A stretch of DNA of 64,000 nt from an uncultured Candidatus Rokubacteria bacterium (lineage in GTDB: Bacteria; Methylomirabilota; Methylomirabilia; Rokubacteriales; CSP1-6), in assembly GCA_963789955.1 (NCBI GenBank), contig CAWBMV010000001.1, positions 160,001-224,000 of the forward strand, in the 5' to 3' direction. This document shows positions 62,273 through 64,000 of this stretch, in pieces (position 1 is the stretch's first letter; each line of letters starts with the position of its first letter). A program made the translations under genes and the position numbers. The notes below the pieces were generated by a model, which had not been told where the DNA came from, did not search any database, and saw nothing but the letters and a program-made list of their open reading frames with translations.

Positions 62273-63951
62273 AGAACACCGCGCGCGACTGGTACAAGGA
62301 CGCGGTCTTCTACGAGGTGCACGTCAAGGCGTTCAAGGACGCCAACGGCGACGGCATCGGCGATTTCGCGGGGCTGACCGAGAGCCTCGATTACATCCAG
62401 GAGCTCGGGGTCGACTGCCTGTGGATCCTGCCGATGTATCCCTCGCCGCTGCGGGACGACGGCTACGACATCGCCGACTTCTACGGGATCCACCCCTCGT
62501 ACGGGACGGTCGAGGACTTCCAGAAGTTCCTGGACGCGGCGCACGCCCGCGACCTGCGCGTCATCACCGACCTCGTGATGAACCACACCTCGGACCAGCA
62601 CCCGTGGTTCCAGGCCTCGCGCTCGAGCGCGGCCTCGCCGTACGCCGACTACTACGTGTGGAGCTCGTCCGACCGCCGCTTCGCGGACGCCCGGATCATC
62701 TTCGTCGACACCGAGAAGTCCAACTGGACCCTGGATCCGACGCGCCGCGAGTACTACTGGCACCGGTTCTTCAGCCACCAGCCCGACCTGAACTACGACA
62801 ACCCCGCGGTGCGCCGCTCGATGCTCGACGTGATGCGCTTCTGGCTCGACCGCGGCCTCGACGGATTCCGCTGCGACGCGGTGCCGTACCTCGTCGAGCG
62901 CGAGGGCACCAGCTGCGAGAACCTGCCGGAGACGCACGCGATCCTCAAGGAGTTCCGCGCGGTGATCGACCAGGAGTACGGCGGCGACCGGATCCTGCTC
63001 GCGGAAGCGAACCAGTGGCCCGAGGACGTGCGGCCCTATTTCGGCAACGGCGACGAGTTCCACATGTCGTTCCACTTCCCGCTGATGCCGCGGCTCTATC
63101 TCGGGCTCCGGCTCGAGGACACCCGGCCGATCACCGACATCTTCACGCACACGCCGCCGATCCCGCCGGCCTGCCAGTGGGGCCTGTTCTTGAGGAATCA
63201 CGACGAGCTGACGCTCGAGATGGTGACGAACGAAGAGCGCGCGTTCATGTACTACGCCTACGCGCACGAGCCGGACATGAAGCTCAACCTCGGCATTCGC
63301 CGGCGGCTGGCGCCGCTCCTGGACGGCGATCGGCGGCGCGTGGAGCTCCTGAACTGCCTGCTGCTGACCTTGCCGGGGAGCCCCATCATCTATTACGGCG
63401 ACGAGATCGGCATGGGCGACAACGTCTACCTCGGCGACCGCAACGGCGTGCGCACGCCGATGCAGTGGTCACGGGACCGCAACGCCGGGTTCTCGAGCGT
63501 CGATCACGGGCAGCTCTACCTGCCGGTCATCACCGATCCCGTCTACGGCTACGAGGCCGTGAACGTCGCGGCGCAGGCGCGACAGCCCTCGTCGCTCCTC
63601 AACACGATGCGGCGCCTCCTGGCGGCGCGCCGGACGTCGTCGGTGTTCGGGCGCGGCAGCATCGAGTTCCTGCGCCCGCGGAACTCGAAGGTCCTCGCCT
63701 TCCTGCGCCGCCACGCGCGCGAAACGCTCCTGATCGTCGCCAATCTCTCGGCGGCGCCCCAGCCGGTCGAGCTCGACCTTTCGGCCTTTGCCGGCGCCAC
63801 GCCGATCGAGATGCTGGGGGCGACCGCGTTCCCGACGATCCGGAAGGCGCCGTACTTCCTGAGCCTCGGTCCACACGGCTTCTACTGGTTCCGTCTGGAG
63901 CGTCCCGGCGATGGCGACGAGCCGTTCGGAATCGAGCGGACCGCGATCTGA
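62269..63951 (+). CDS. treS: Trehalose synthase / maltose alpha-D-glucosyltransferase
   Basis: [71 protein letters not shown]. Confidence 0.93.
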   Translation: MKNTARDWYKDAVFYEVHVKAFKDANGDGIGDFAGLTESLDYIQELGVDCLWILPMYPSPLRDDGYDIADFYGIHPSYGTVEDFQKFLDAAHARDLRVITDLVMNHTSDQHPWFQASRSSAASPYADYYVWSSSDRRFADARIIFVDTEKSNWTLDPTRREYYWHRFFSHQPDLNYDNPAVRRSMLDVMRFWLDRGLDGFRCDAVPYLVEREGTSCENLPETHAILKEFRAVIDQEYGGDRILLAEANQWPEDVRPYFGNGDEFHMSFHFPLMPRLYLGLRLEDTRPITDIFTHTPPIPPACQWGLFLRNHDELTLEMVTNEERAFMYYAYAHEPDMKLNLGIRRRLAPLLDGDRRRVELLNCLLLTLPGSPIIYYGDEIGMGDNVYLGDRNGVRTPMQWSRDRNAGFSSVDHGQLYLPVITDPVYGYEAVNVAAQARQPSSLLNTMRRLLAARRTSSVFGRGSIEFLRPRNSKVLAFLRRHARETLLIVANLSAAPQPVELDLSAFAGATPIEMLGATAFPTIRKAPYFLSLGPHGFYWFRLERPGDGDEPFGIERTAI

Positions 63952-64000
63952 CGGGGCGCGCGACGTGGAACCCGCCCGAATTGCCGCCGCGCTCGAGAGG

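Noticed and set aside
60226..63951. 1241-aa ORF, and other very long ORFs such as 37288-41592 and 43565-46684
   Set aside because: Shadow or read-through frames typical of high-GC DNA; only the parts with family motifs (GT N-terminus, TreS, cyclophilin) are real.
63965..64000. Start of the next CDS (GTG GAA CCC GCC...)
   Set aside because: Only 12 codons are visible, too few to call.

Overview
High-GC (roughly 70% by eye) bacterial chromosomal window, densely coding (~65 CDS). I recognised no rRNA, tRNA, CRISPR array, transposase or phage genes. Gene style suggests a soil lineage such as Ca. Rokubacteria/Methylomirabilota, but that is an unverified inference. Contents in order: the start of a propionyl-CoA synthetase; a sulfur-assimilation operon (small Zn-ribbon ORF, hairpin leader, sulfite/nitrite reductase, siroheme genes, ATP-grasp ligase, truncated peroxiredoxin); an organosulfur-like block (acyl-CoA ligase, LLM monooxygenase, NHL protein, methanethiol oxidase-SCO-rhodanese-PPOX); murA; a 2-oxoacid dehydrogenase operon; Ku/LigD NHEJ; argD, LysR, ald, typA and tandem cyclophilins; a cytochrome c/P19-like fusion; a mixed Mo/W ABC locus with moaC; acuC; and a trehalose/compatible-solute operon. 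About 20 single-base frameshifts in otherwise intact genes most likely reflect long-read indel errors, so several long ORFs in the track are artefactual fusions. Best candidates for new biology: (1) a Zn-ribbon ORF plus terminator/anti-SD hairpin gating the sulfite reductase operon; (2) a membrane-sensor-fused OtsA co-encoded with two glycosyltransferase homologues whose catalytic motifs look degenerate; (3) three long G-rich palindromic elements, two inside protein linkers; (4) a methanethiol oxidase operon with rhodanese but no adjacent mauG; (5) a His-rich cytochrome c fused to a P19-like domain.
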